Below are positions 55,217 through 63,326 of a stretch of DNA of 64,000 nt, one piece after another (the stretch's first letter is position 1; each line of letters starts with the position of its first letter). Source of the stretch: Candidatus Levyibacteriota bacterium (lineage in GTDB: Bacteria > Patescibacteriota > Microgenomatia > Levybacterales > UBA12049). Below the pieces are notes generated by a model. The model was given only the letters and a program-made list of their open reading frames with translations. It did no database searches and was not told where the DNA came from. The translations under genes were made by a program, and so were the position numbers. Location: contig CP066685.1 of NCBI GenBank assembly GCA_016432345.1, positions 560,236 through 624,235 on the forward strand, in the 5' to 3' direction.

Positions 55217-55516
55217 TTACTCATGCATTTTTTTAATAACTGACAAAGGTTGAGGTTCAAAATGCAGATCTCGCTCAACCCTAAGTCCATATGGTCCTTC
55301 TACCCACGAAAGCTCGGACAAGGAAAAATACCCGAGTTCGTTGTAGTCACCCACTACAAACCCGAAAAAAGTATCATTTCCGTCAAATTCAATGGCATAC
55401 CATGTCCATTTAGTCCAGGGACAGAAGAATTTGCAGATAACCATAGGATCTTTTGCGTTTTCCATTGCATAAAGTACTGGTAACTTTTCTGTTATGTATT
55501 TTGGTATAAGCATCAT
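55217..55516 (-). CDS. DUF2958-like protein
   Basis: 99 aa. KFFCPWTKWTWYAIEFDGNDTFFGFVVGDYNELGYFSLSELSWVEGPYGLRVERDLHFEP matches the DUF2958 pattern I remember from conjugative plasmids. Confidence 0.65.
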   Translation of the reverse strand: MMLIPKYITEKLPVLYAMENAKDPMVICKFFCPWTKWTWYAIEFDGNDTFFGFVVGDYNELGYFSLSELSWVEGPYGLRVERDLHFEPQPLSVIKKMHE

Positions 55517-55610
55517 GTATGTATCACCCCCTTCCTTTGCTTCCTAAATAATTATTTTTAGGTAGCAGCCTGCCTGCTACCAATACATGCTGCAAGCTTA
55601 GCGGGGTGAG

Positions 55611-55658
55611 TTTTGCAAGGGCGACGAAGAATGAGGAGTGCACTTTACCCTTGCAAAA
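55611..55658. repeat. Inverted repeat TTTTGCAAGGG / CCCTTGCAAAA (11-bp arms, 26-nt loop)
   Basis: Arms lie at 55611-55621 and 55648-55658. The right arm is part of the 14-mer ACCCTTGCAAAATG, which recurs at 58567-58580. Confidence 0.7.
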
Positions 55659-55730
55659 TGAGGGGTGCAACCCCTAAAAAGAGCTAGGAACACTTAGACA
55701 AATTTTGAGAATTTGAGGAGTACTTTTATT

Positions 55731-56213
55731 TTATCTGTTTAACAGGAAAATACTGAAATTTAAGATCGTGGCAAAACTGACCCATGCAAGATATGGCAAT
55801 AATATCCATGATGCCTTTTTATCAATTTTGTAAAATTTAACCATTACCATAATTATCAAAATCCATAAAACAATTATATTAACTAAAGACAAAGGAATAT
55901 TATTCATGCCAAAGAAAACAATCGACCAACTGGCATTAAATACCAAATGAACAGCAAAAAGTTTTAAGGCTTCCCTTACTTCTTTTTTCTTAGTCCCTTT
56001 AATCCATATCCAATAAAGGGAAATTCCCATCAGGGTATAAAGGGTTGTCCAGACAGGTCCAAAAAGCCAGTTAGGTGGTCTGAAGGAAGGTTGGTTTAGA
56101 AGGTTATACCAGTTTTCAATTGAGGAGACAGTAAATACAGTGCCTATCAATCCTGCGCTTTGGCAGATAGCAATTGAAAAAATGAGTTTTAAAATACTTT
56201 TGGGTAGTTTCAT
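55731..56213 (-). CDS. tspO: TspO/MBR family tryptophan-rich membrane protein
   Basis: 160 aa with five TM segments and PSFRPPNWLFGPVWTTLYTLMGISLYWIW. Confidence 0.85.
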   Translation of the reverse strand: MKLPKSILKLIFSIAICQSAGLIGTVFTVSSIENWYNLLNQPSFRPPNWLFGPVWTTLYTLMGISLYWIWIKGTKKKEVREALKLFAVHLVFNASWSIVFFGMNNIPLSLVNIIVLWILIIMVMVKFYKIDKKASWILLPYLAWVSFATILNFSIFLLNR

Positions 56214-56295
56214 TTCTTATATAATTACAGATTAAAAGGTGTTTGTAAACAAAAACACGCGAGTAATTTTAATTGAAGATAAAAGAAATGTTTCT

Positions 56296-57264
56296 TCATA
56301 TAATCTGCTGGTTCAGACCAGATGCTAAATTTATTTCAGCTTCTAGTACAATTCCAGACAAATGAATATTCGGAGTTTGAGTTTTTTTCATTTTTAAAGA
56401 TTCTTTACTACTTAATGAAAAAGTAACAACACCTTTATTCTCTACCGATACAGCCCATGCTAAAGGGTTATTAATATCCTTTTGCTTATATTCATAATAG
56501 TTAATAGGAATTTCAGATCGTTGCATAGTAACTTCTACCTCTATTGGCAAGCTTAATATCTTAAATCGTTGTCCATTGTTATGAATCCATAAATTCTTTG
56601 TGGTGGAACCTACTATAAATTTTACAGTACCAGATTCCAAGTCTGGTATACCTTTTGAGCGAGCAACTGTTGATATTTCATCAAGAGATTTGGATATTAA
56701 ATTATCAAGATTCAACAAATTAACCTCATTATCAATTTCGAAAACTTTATCATGGTTTGAAAGTTTAAATGCTTTATCCAATGGTGGATGATCAAATTTT
56801 ACCGAACCAATTGATTGAAAAGAAAATTTAGGTGTTAATTCTAAAGCGGAATTGAAGGGAAAGATTATATTCTCTATTTTTATCTTTTTGAGCTCTTCTA
56901 ACGTAAGTAATTTGACAGTAGATCCATATTCCAATTCAACATCTTCAATTATAGATTTAGGGTAACCCACTGCAGATACGCAAATAAGTTTTTGTGCCCC
57001 TACCTTTCTCATTTTCATCACCCAACCATCAAATGTAGTAATTTCAGGCTTTGTACCACGTTTTTGTACTTCAACTATCGTAATAGATTGTTGAGGCGGT
57101 TTACCATACGTAATAACAACATCACATTGTCTTTTTCCCGATCTACCAATAACAGGTAGCCATACATCATGTTCTACCTTTGCATCTGGTGTAAGCGACT
57201 TTTCAAGTATTGCCACTATCTCTTCAATCAATTTCCATTTGGATTTTAAAGTCTTCTGCTTCAT
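56296..57264 (-). CDS. Putative PD-(D/E)xK (restriction-endonuclease-like) N-domain protein
   Basis: 322 aa. The N-terminal ~110 aa follow the restriction-endonuclease-like layout: EEIVAILEKSL...KVEHDV...RQCDVVITY...ITIVEVQKRG...LICVSAVGYPKS. The C-terminal 200 aa are unknown. Confidence 0.4.
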   Translation of the reverse strand: MKQKTLKSKWKLIEEIVAILEKSLTPDAKVEHDVWLPVIGRSGKRQCDVVITYGKPPQQSITIVEVQKRGTKPEITTFDGWVMKMRKVGAQKLICVSAVGYPKSIIEDVELEYGSTVKLLTLEELKKIKIENIIFPFNSALELTPKFSFQSIGSVKFDHPPLDKAFKLSNHDKVFEIDNEVNLLNLDNLISKSLDEISTVARSKGIPDLESGTVKFIVGSTTKNLWIHNNGQRFKILSLPIEVEVTMQRSEIPINYYEYKQKDINNPLAWAVSVENKGVVTFSLSSKESLKMKKTQTPNIHLSGIVLEAEINLASGLNQQII

Positions 57265-57265
57265 C

Positions 57266-57847
57266 TTATTTATTCTGTCCCTTTTTCATTTTTTTAACGA
57301 TATCGTTTGTAGATAGTGCCTTTTCAAGTTTTTTATTTACTTCTTCTAATCTCCGTTCTTCAATACTCCAAGAAGGATGTTTTTTCATATAAGCGAAGTG
57401 TTTAGAGTCGGTAATTGTTTTTCGAAATTGAAGATATAATCCAACCATACCTTCTTTTAAAAATATCTTTGTTTTTCCATACTGTACTTCAATATCATCG
57501 TTCTCGAAGTTAAATCCTCTTGAAAGATATAGGTGGGGGTTTAGTAGATTTTGGGGAGATGATCTATGGCAAATGGCATCTCTTATATCTTTAACACTTA
57601 TCATAGAAGCTAGGGATTTTTCGTCTAAATCTTTACTAAAATATTTATCAACGTAATAACTAAGCTCTCGTAGAGACAAAATTAAATGCTCAACAAATAT
57701 ATGTGCTTCTTTTCTGATTGGATTCTCAGAAATTAGAATAATTAGATCCAAACACTGAGACAGTGCAGAAACGATCATGCCTTCATGGATAGAAGATATA
57801 TTTTTGTTAGTTTTCATTTTTTTCTTATTTCTATTTTCTCCAATCAT
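57266..57847 (-). CDS. Putative HEPN-like protein (Rx4H motif)
   Basis: 193 aa with a helical-looking first 100 aa ending in VKDIRDAICHRSS (R-x4-H). The stop TAA lies 1 nt before the downstream ATG. Confidence 0.4.
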   Translation of the reverse strand: MIGENRNKKKMKTNKNISSIHEGMIVSALSQCLDLIILISENPIRKEAHIFVEHLILSLRELSYYVDKYFSKDLDEKSLASMISVKDIRDAICHRSSPQNLLNPHLYLSRGFNFENDDIEVQYGKTKIFLKEGMVGLYLQFRKTITDSKHFAYMKKHPSWSIEERRLEEVNKKLEKALSTNDIVKKMKKGQNK

Positions 57848-57862
57848 TTGAATATGTTATTA

Positions 57863-58336
57863 TTATCCCCATTTTCTAATTCTTTCCAAGATAGAGTCAT
57901 CCAAAACTGCCGCTTGTCTTTGTAAACTAGCACAATACTCAATATCATCTTTTGATGGGTTTTTATTTTCATAGGGACCAGGTGTTTGTCTGATTGCGCA
58001 TAAAACCCACAAACCTAAGTATCTTCTTATGTCATCTGCTATTGACTTATCTAATCCTTCTACTTGTGAGGCAATATAATGGATATGTCTTTGGCTTCCA
58101 GGCATAGCATTGTAGCCTACAGTTGAACCTTCGGTACAAATAGCAATAACCTCTTTTGCAAACTCTCGCTTCTTCTTTTGAACAGCCTCCCGTTTATTAA
58201 AATATTCGTCAATAAATTTACTCCCAAATTTAGTAATCAATGTCAAAAATACCCCCAATGTACCACCGGCAATAAAGAAGGTAATATTTATAGTTGTAAA
58301 AAAATTATTTACCGTAACAGTTGATATTTCTTGCAT
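57863..58336 (-). CDS. Hypothetical protein with one N-terminal TM helix
   Basis: 157 aa with FFTTINITFFIAGGTLGVFLTLITKF. It lies 15 nt upstream of the HEPN-like ORF. Confidence 0.5.
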   Translation of the reverse strand: MQEISTVTVNNFFTTINITFFIAGGTLGVFLTLITKFGSKFIDEYFNKREAVQKKKREFAKEVIAICTEGSTVGYNAMPGSQRHIHYIASQVEGLDKSIADDIRRYLGLWVLCAIRQTPGPYENKNPSKDDIEYCASLQRQAAVLDDSILERIRKWG

Positions 58337-58499
58337 AATTATGATTTGATTTATAATCTTTCTACAATTTTTATTTGAGCTTTGATCAGACCGTAGAGCC
58401 TATATAAACGGATGGCTCAATTTTAGCAAAGTTCTTGCATTTAAGAAAGTCTAAGTAAGCTATCTTTTAAATTCGATCAAATGAATTAACTCTTCCGCA

Positions 58500-58564
58500 T
58501 TATATATGTTACTTAGAATTAAAATATTGAAAATAGCGACCTTCCGAAGGAAGGTAAATATTAA
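58500..58564 (+). repeat. 66-nt intergenic repeat, copy B, with compensated hairpin
   Basis: Same orientation as copy A. The hairpin is ACCTTCC-GAA-GGAAGGT at 58539-58555. The 14-mer ACCCTTGCAAAATG follows immediately (58567-58580). Confidence 0.85.
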
Positions 58565-58594
58565 ATACCCTTGCAAAATGTGAGGGGGCGCAAC

Positions 58595-59053
58595 CTACTT
58601 TGAATATTTATAAATAAAGAGATTTTTTATTGAATTCTTCTCAAGATTTTTAGAAGTGGTGATAATAATGTCTTCGATTTCGTCACCACCCAGTGACTTC
58701 ATCTCACTACTATCACCTAAAAACTTATCCCATAAGGACTTAAGGAAGTCTTTTCTTTTACCAGGAATACGGATACCAGCTATTGCTACAGATTTTGCAT
58801 TATACAGATCAGCAAGCGTAAAAGCAGATCTCAAGGATTGATGTAATCCTACATAATTTATTCTGGATTCTTCATTGTTATGATCTGCTATAGGCATAAA
58901 AATAACATGCTTGGCTTTTAACTCATATCCCTTAGTCATAACTGCATAACCAACCTCACAATATCCTATTGTTGTCACTTCTTTTACTAAATCTTTACCA
59001 GCTTTTTCAAAGATATTTTTAATTAAACTTTGTTTAGATTCATGTTTAAACAA
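58595..59053 (-). CDS. Macro-domain-like protein; true N-terminus probably upstream (frame open to 59185)
   Basis: The track ORF starts at TTG 59053. The same frame stays open for 44 more codons, back to the TAG at 59188-59186, and encodes ...QIATSGDITDFKGDVIIIPCDSELSYTK..., the GDIT first-strand motif of macro domains. Later segments AKHVIFMP and NAKSVAIAGI also fit. No ATG, GTG or TTG occurs in the extension. Confidence 0.5.
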   Translation of the reverse strand: MFKHESKQSLIKNIFEKAGKDLVKEVTTIGYCEVGYAVMTKGYELKAKHVIFMPIADHNNEESRINYVGLHQSLRSAFTLADLYNAKSVAIAGIRIPGKRKDFLKSLWDKFLGDSSEMKSLGGDEIEDIIITTSKNLEKNSIKNLFIYKYSK

Positions 59054-59229
59054 TCGGTAATCAGGATTGGGAGAAATGGTTTTAGTATAACTAAGTTCAG
59101 AGTCACACGGAATTATAATTACATCACCCTTAAAATCAGTTATATCTCCGCTTGTGGCAATTTGTATATTTATATTTTTACTGTACTATACTTATGTGCA
59201 AATCTAATCCACCTCGGCCGTGGATAGCA

Positions 59230-60063
59230 TTAAGCCTTTTTTGATATACCTTCACCAAATGAAAATCTATTATGACTAATACTACTACCTTCTCCTTGAA
59301 TGAGTCTTCCAGCTATGTTAGCTGGAAAAAAATGAGTTCTTCTCATTTCTCCCGTCTCACATGCAGAAATAATCATAGCGAGAATTATTGACAACTGCCA
59401 ACCAGAATCACTTACCGGAGGATCCCGAAACGCTTTATGATAATATTTTCCATTCGAATCCCAACCGCCGTTATCTTTATGCCTGGTAAGCAAACAGCCA
59501 TCCTTAAAAAACATTATTGCATTGGGACCAAGAACAAAATCTTCCTTAAGTTTCGTGGGGCTTGGTCTCTTAAACCATTTGTTTAAATTTTTATCACTTG
59601 GAGTTGTTCCACTATAACCAAAAATAATTGAAAATGGATTAACTTTAAATTTAGACAGACGTTTTGCTGAAGCTATATTTTCAACCGCATTATCAAAATC
59701 GCCTGCGTTAAGTGTGGTTTTTACCTCTAAAATTGCAATAACAGCCTCGGGAATGACTATGGCAAAATCTCCTTCCTGAAATAAATAAGCTGCTGGCATT
59801 GTCTCATCCACTATCATGATATCTATTTGATTACTAACATCACCCTTGCCTTTATAAATGAAACCCTTTTTAACTGAATATCTTTTTGTCAAAAAATTAC
59901 GTATTATCGTTCTTAAAATTTCCTCATGATAATCGCCGGATGTAACTCGATGTGAGGTTAAGGTTTTTATTCTCTGAAACTTACCCTTTATTTCATCAAC
60001 AAAGCTTTCAAAATATTCAATATCAGGAGCGTTAATGTTTGCCATATGATTGAATTGTACCAA
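59230..60063 (-). CDS. DUF6602-like PD-(D/E)xK nuclease-fold protein
   Basis: 277 aa. GDYHEEILRTIIRNFLTKRYSVKKGFI...SNQIDIMIVDE...AVIAILEVKTTL shows a D...E-x-K arrangement and the layout I remember for DUF6602. Confidence 0.45.
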   Translation of the reverse strand: MVQFNHMANINAPDIEYFESFVDEIKGKFQRIKTLTSHRVTSGDYHEEILRTIIRNFLTKRYSVKKGFIYKGKGDVSNQIDIMIVDETMPAAYLFQEGDFAIVIPEAVIAILEVKTTLNAGDFDNAVENIASAKRLSKFKVNPFSIIFGYSGTTPSDKNLNKWFKRPSPTKLKEDFVLGPNAIMFFKDGCLLTRHKDNGGWDSNGKYYHKAFRDPPVSDSGWQLSIILAMIISACETGEMRRTHFFPANIAGRLIQGEGSSISHNRFSFGEGISKKA

Positions 60064-60092
60064 AATTGAGCCTGAATTGCCGAACTGCTTTT

Positions 60093-60101
60093 TGGTATAA
60101 T
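60093..60101 (+). promoter_or_regulatory. Extended -10 (TGgTATAAT) for the OLD-family gene
   Basis: TG lies at 60093-60094 and TATAAT at 60096-60101, 23 nt upstream of ATG 60125. No good -35 is present. Confidence 0.4.
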
Positions 60102-60124
60102 GCGCTTAACTTTAATTAAAAACT

Positions 60125-61975
60125 ATGAGATTATCAAAAGTAATAATCACTGGGTTTCGATCTATTCAAAAAACTGAGGAAGTAATCCTTGACCCCAAAA
60201 TTAATATCTTAATTGGAGCAAACGATCACGGAAAAACCAATATCTTGTACGCAATTAGGTGTCTAAACGAAGATAGTCCCATAACAGAGGATGATAGGAA
60301 TTGGGATCTACCTAGCACTGATGCAGTCAAGGTACAGTGGCATTTTAAAGTTGATCAGGATTTTCTTGACAAGTATCCACAGAACGAGCAGGAAGTAGGA
60401 AAAGAGGAAGCTGAAAAAGGACTAGATGAAGAAAAAGCTTCAGACCTCCCAACAACTGAACCAGCAACTGAAGAGACTCCTCATGAAATCACATATTTTG
60501 CTACAAATAGCGATTGCGAACTGATTTTTTATCGAGAGGGTGTGGGTGAAACAAGTAAAGTTCGTGTCCTTAACACCCCAATCAAGATATCTATAGAGAA
60601 AGAAACGGAGTTACTAGAATTAAGACCGAGAGTAGAGATTTTTGAGGCACCCAAAACCAATTTAGTCGATAGAGTGAATCTTGCCCAACTAATAACCCCA
60701 GAGTTTGAGTTTATGCAGGGAATTTTCATGCTGGCGGGCTTATGGGAGAATCGGGAAACGGTGTTTTTCGAGAGTGATAAGACATCAAAATTACTCAACG
60801 AAGCCTCTGATAAGCTCACAAAAATCCTAAACGACAAATGGAATCAAGGAAAAAACCTTACATGGAAGCTCATTCATGTTGGTACTAACGGCGACCATAT
60901 CGAGATCAAAATTCAAGACCCATCCGTTAAGGGACAATATACCCGACCATCACTTCGATCATCAGGATTTCAGACATACTTCCTAATTTCGATGATTATC
61001 TTAGCTAGAACTCAGAATAATAAAGGTAAGTTCATCTATCTTTTTGATGAACCAGGAACCTATCTCCATCCACACGCTCAACTCGATCTACAGCGTTCAT
61101 TTGAACTTATCGCCGACGACACTCAACTTATATATACAACGCATTCACTGTTCCTCATTAGTAAGAACTATCCGAATAGAAATAAGGTCATAAGCAAAAC
61201 TGATGAAGGTACAAAAATTGATCAAAAACCATTTCTAAAAAATTGGAAATCAGTAAGAGACTCTCTGGGTATCCTGTTAAGTAATAACTTTCTGATCGCA
61301 GAAAAAACCCTACTTACGGAGGGTCCATCCGATGTAATTTACATTCTTAGTGCTATAAAGCAGATGAAAGCATTACAGAAAGTAGATATAGACTTAAATG
61401 ATTTGAGTATCGTAGACGCTGGCAGTCCAGATAACTACATCGCTATGGCAAAATTGATGCTCTTGGAGGGTAGAGAAATTGTGGCATTGCTTGATGGAGA
61501 CAAATCTGGTGATGACACCGAAAAAAAGCTCAAAAAAGTCTGCGAAAAAGAACTCAAAGATAAAAAGTTTCAGATTTATAAACTACCTAAGGATAAGTCG
61601 ACTGAGGATATCTTTACCAATCAGAATAGCCTAAGAGAGTCAATCAAAGCCACTGCAGAATATCTTATTAAGGAAGAAGTTAGGAAGCTAAAGGAGGGGG
61701 TAACTACGGATCAGGAAATTAAGAAGATTAAAACAACCTCAGGTAAAACATTGGGTAAGCTTATAGATGAAATTACAGCAGCAATGTTTACTGATGAAGA
61801 AAAACTTTCTAAGCTCTCAATATCATTAGACTATGAAGACCGAGTAGCCACATCTCAACCAGAGTTGCCAAAAGAAACTCAAACTTCAGTAGAAACACTT
61901 AGAACATTATTACAATTACGGGGTGAAAAATCAGCTGAAAAAAGTGTTTTTGAGGTAGTATCAAACTCCGAGTAG
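60125..61975 (+). CDS. OLD-family nuclease (ABC-type ATPase fused to Toprim)
   Basis: 616 aa with ITGFRSIQK...GANDHGKTN (Walker A), IYLFDEPGTYLHPHAQ (Walker B) and YTTHS (H-loop). The Toprim domain has LLTEGPSDVIYI and ALLDGDKSGDD. An acidic insertion EQEVGKEEAEKGLDEEKASDLPTTEPATEETPHE follows the P-loop region. Confidence 0.75.
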   Translation: MRLSKVIITGFRSIQKTEEVILDPKINILIGANDHGKTNILYAIRCLNEDSPITEDDRNWDLPSTDAVKVQWHFKVDQDFLDKYPQNEQEVGKEEAEKGLDEEKASDLPTTEPATEETPHEITYFATNSDCELIFYREGVGETSKVRVLNTPIKISIEKETELLELRPRVEIFEAPKTNLVDRVNLAQLITPEFEFMQGIFMLAGLWENRETVFFESDKTSKLLNEASDKLTKILNDKWNQGKNLTWKLIHVGTNGDHIEIKIQDPSVKGQYTRPSLRSSGFQTYFLISMIILARTQNNKGKFIYLFDEPGTYLHPHAQLDLQRSFELIADDTQLIYTTHSLFLISKNYPNRNKVISKTDEGTKIDQKPFLKNWKSVRDSLGILLSNNFLIAEKTLLTEGPSDVIYILSAIKQMKALQKVDIDLNDLSIVDAGSPDNYIAMAKLMLLEGREIVALLDGDKSGDDTEKKLKKVCEKELKDKKFQIYKLPKDKSTEDIFTNQNSLRESIKATAEYLIKEEVRKLKEGVTTDQEIKKIKTTSGKTLGKLIDEITAAMFTDEEKLSKLSISLDYEDRVATSQPELPKETQTSVETLRTLLQLRGEKSAEKSVFEVVSNSE

Positions 61976-62028
61976 ATTATCAATTCATCTGAAATGATTT
62001 TTGCTCTCGATAATTTTAATCTCCTCTG

Positions 62029-62310
62029 GTGTTAGGCCGTAGAGTTTATAAACTAACTGATGTTAATTTTAACAGAATTGTTGAATACCGATCTAAAGAA
62101 GAACAAATTCCAAGCAACAATAGTGATATAAAAATTATTAATGCTATCCACAATCATTTTAAAGACGACCCTTTTGCGTTCGAAAAATGTGCGGTTGAGA
62201 TCGTAAGAATGATGGATATCGATATAGTAGATATTCTTAAAAGAAACGGTTACTCCACTCCAGAACAAGTTATAAGATGGATTAATGCAATGATAAATTT
62301 AAGTACAAAT
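62029..62310 (+). pseudogene. Probable remnant of a restriction-endonuclease-type gene (N-terminal ~90 codons only)
   Basis: The first part of track ORF 62029..62559 reads like protein (…IINAIHNHFKDDPFAFEKCAVEIVRMMD…, resembling the FE-xx-v-xx-l start of Mrr-type catalytic domains). Past about 62310 it runs antisense through the DUF4420-like gene and becomes low-complexity. Confidence 0.3.
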
Positions 62311-62315
62311 ATATC

Positions 62316-63326
62316 CTATTTAGGAAAGGCTGCTTTAAATATTCCGTCTTTTAATTTTTCTGACTTCTTATTGATACTTTGGATATCTGATAGATCCACT
62401 TTAAAGTGCACATCACTAACTCCTTTAGGTAAGTCAGAATCAATACAAGGAATATTCTCAGGTAGAAAGAACATTAAAGACTTCTTTGCTAATTTTAAAT
62501 CAAACTTGTCTTTTGCAACTGACCTCCAATCGTTGCCCAAAGTATTGCCCATAACTTGATCTAAGTAAAGTAATAATTCAGGCTCTTTGTTTATTTTTAA
62601 GCGTACTGATTCCGCAAGTTCAGTTAGTGATGTTCCAGTTCCTACTCTTTCCACAAATACAGACGCGATTAATATGTCAACGACAGATGGTGGTTTTAAT
62701 TGATCTAAGGAAAAATGATGCTCTCTTAATCGAGATGTGGCACTTTTAATTTCTACACGTTGATTTCCAGAACCGAAGTCAAATTTATCACCTGGATTTC
62801 TATGCCACGCTCTTACCAATGAAATGGGATCTGTAGCTAAAGATATTAATAATAATTCAGCCCACAATCCTTGTACTGATTTTCGAGGAGCTTCATTCAT
62901 AACTCTGAATAACTCCACTAAGTCCCCAACAGCTTTAGCCACTTGTCCATGAGAAGGTGAATTTCCAATGACCGCTATCACAGCATTTCCAATACGTAGA
63001 AAGTATTCTTGCAAGAATATATCTTGATCTATACAGGAGATAACAGTGAATTTGCTATTTTCTAAAGTTTCTTTATGAGAAATTCGACAATCAATGTCGT
63101 ATATTACTTCTAAATGTTCCAACTTAATTGGAGCTGGACGATTAATTGCCGGAGATTCTTTTGTAGAAATAAGTAAACTGGGGTAGCCATTTACATCTTT
63201 AGCGAGTCGATGATTTGAATAACCCGGAATAGGTAACGCCGAGAATCGCGGTTGATTTTTAGAATTGATACTACTTGGAATTTTTAGCTGTTTGAATAAA
63301 TTAATTAGATTTAACATGGCTTTCAC
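62316..63326 (-). CDS. DUF4420-like PD-(D/E)xK family protein
   Basis: 336 aa. PGDKFDFGSGNQRVEIKSATSRLREHHFSLDQLKPP...ILIASVFVE matches my memory of the DUF4420 core (D-F ... E-x-K ... H-x-F-S ... QL). Confidence 0.5.
   Translation of the reverse strand: MKAMLNLINLFKQLKIPSSINSKNQPRFSALPIPGYSNHRLAKDVNGYPSLLISTKESPAINRPAPIKLEHLEVIYDIDCRISHKETLENSKFTVISCIDQDIFLQEYFLRIGNAVIAVIGNSPSHGQVAKAVGDLVELFRVMNEAPRKSVQGLWAELLLISLATDPISLVRAWHRNPGDKFDFGSGNQRVEIKSATSRLREHHFSLDQLKPPSVVDILIASVFVERVGTGTSLTELAESVRLKINKEPELLLYLDQVMGNTLGNDWRSVAKDKFDLKLAKKSLMFFLPENIPCIDSDLPKGVSDVHFKVDLSDIQSINKKSEKLKDGIFKAAFPK

Larger units (their letters stand above)
43993..55516. mobile_element. Putative integrated mobilisable/conjugative element (minimum extent; right end undefined, may reach beyond 58.6 kb)
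   Basis: It begins next to tRNA-Lys with a large serine recombinase and carries a coupling-protein-like ATPase, a replication-relaxation-like protein and DUF2958. A 66-nt repeat links 47.8 kb to 58.5 kb. I found no flanking att repeats. Confidence 0.55.

Noticed and set aside
62311-62559. C-terminal half of + ORF 62029..62559
   Set aside because: It is antisense to the DUF4420-like gene and its sequence turns low-complexity (…FNFSDFLLILWISDRSTLKCTSL…). Only the first ~90 codons are retained, as a possible gene remnant.
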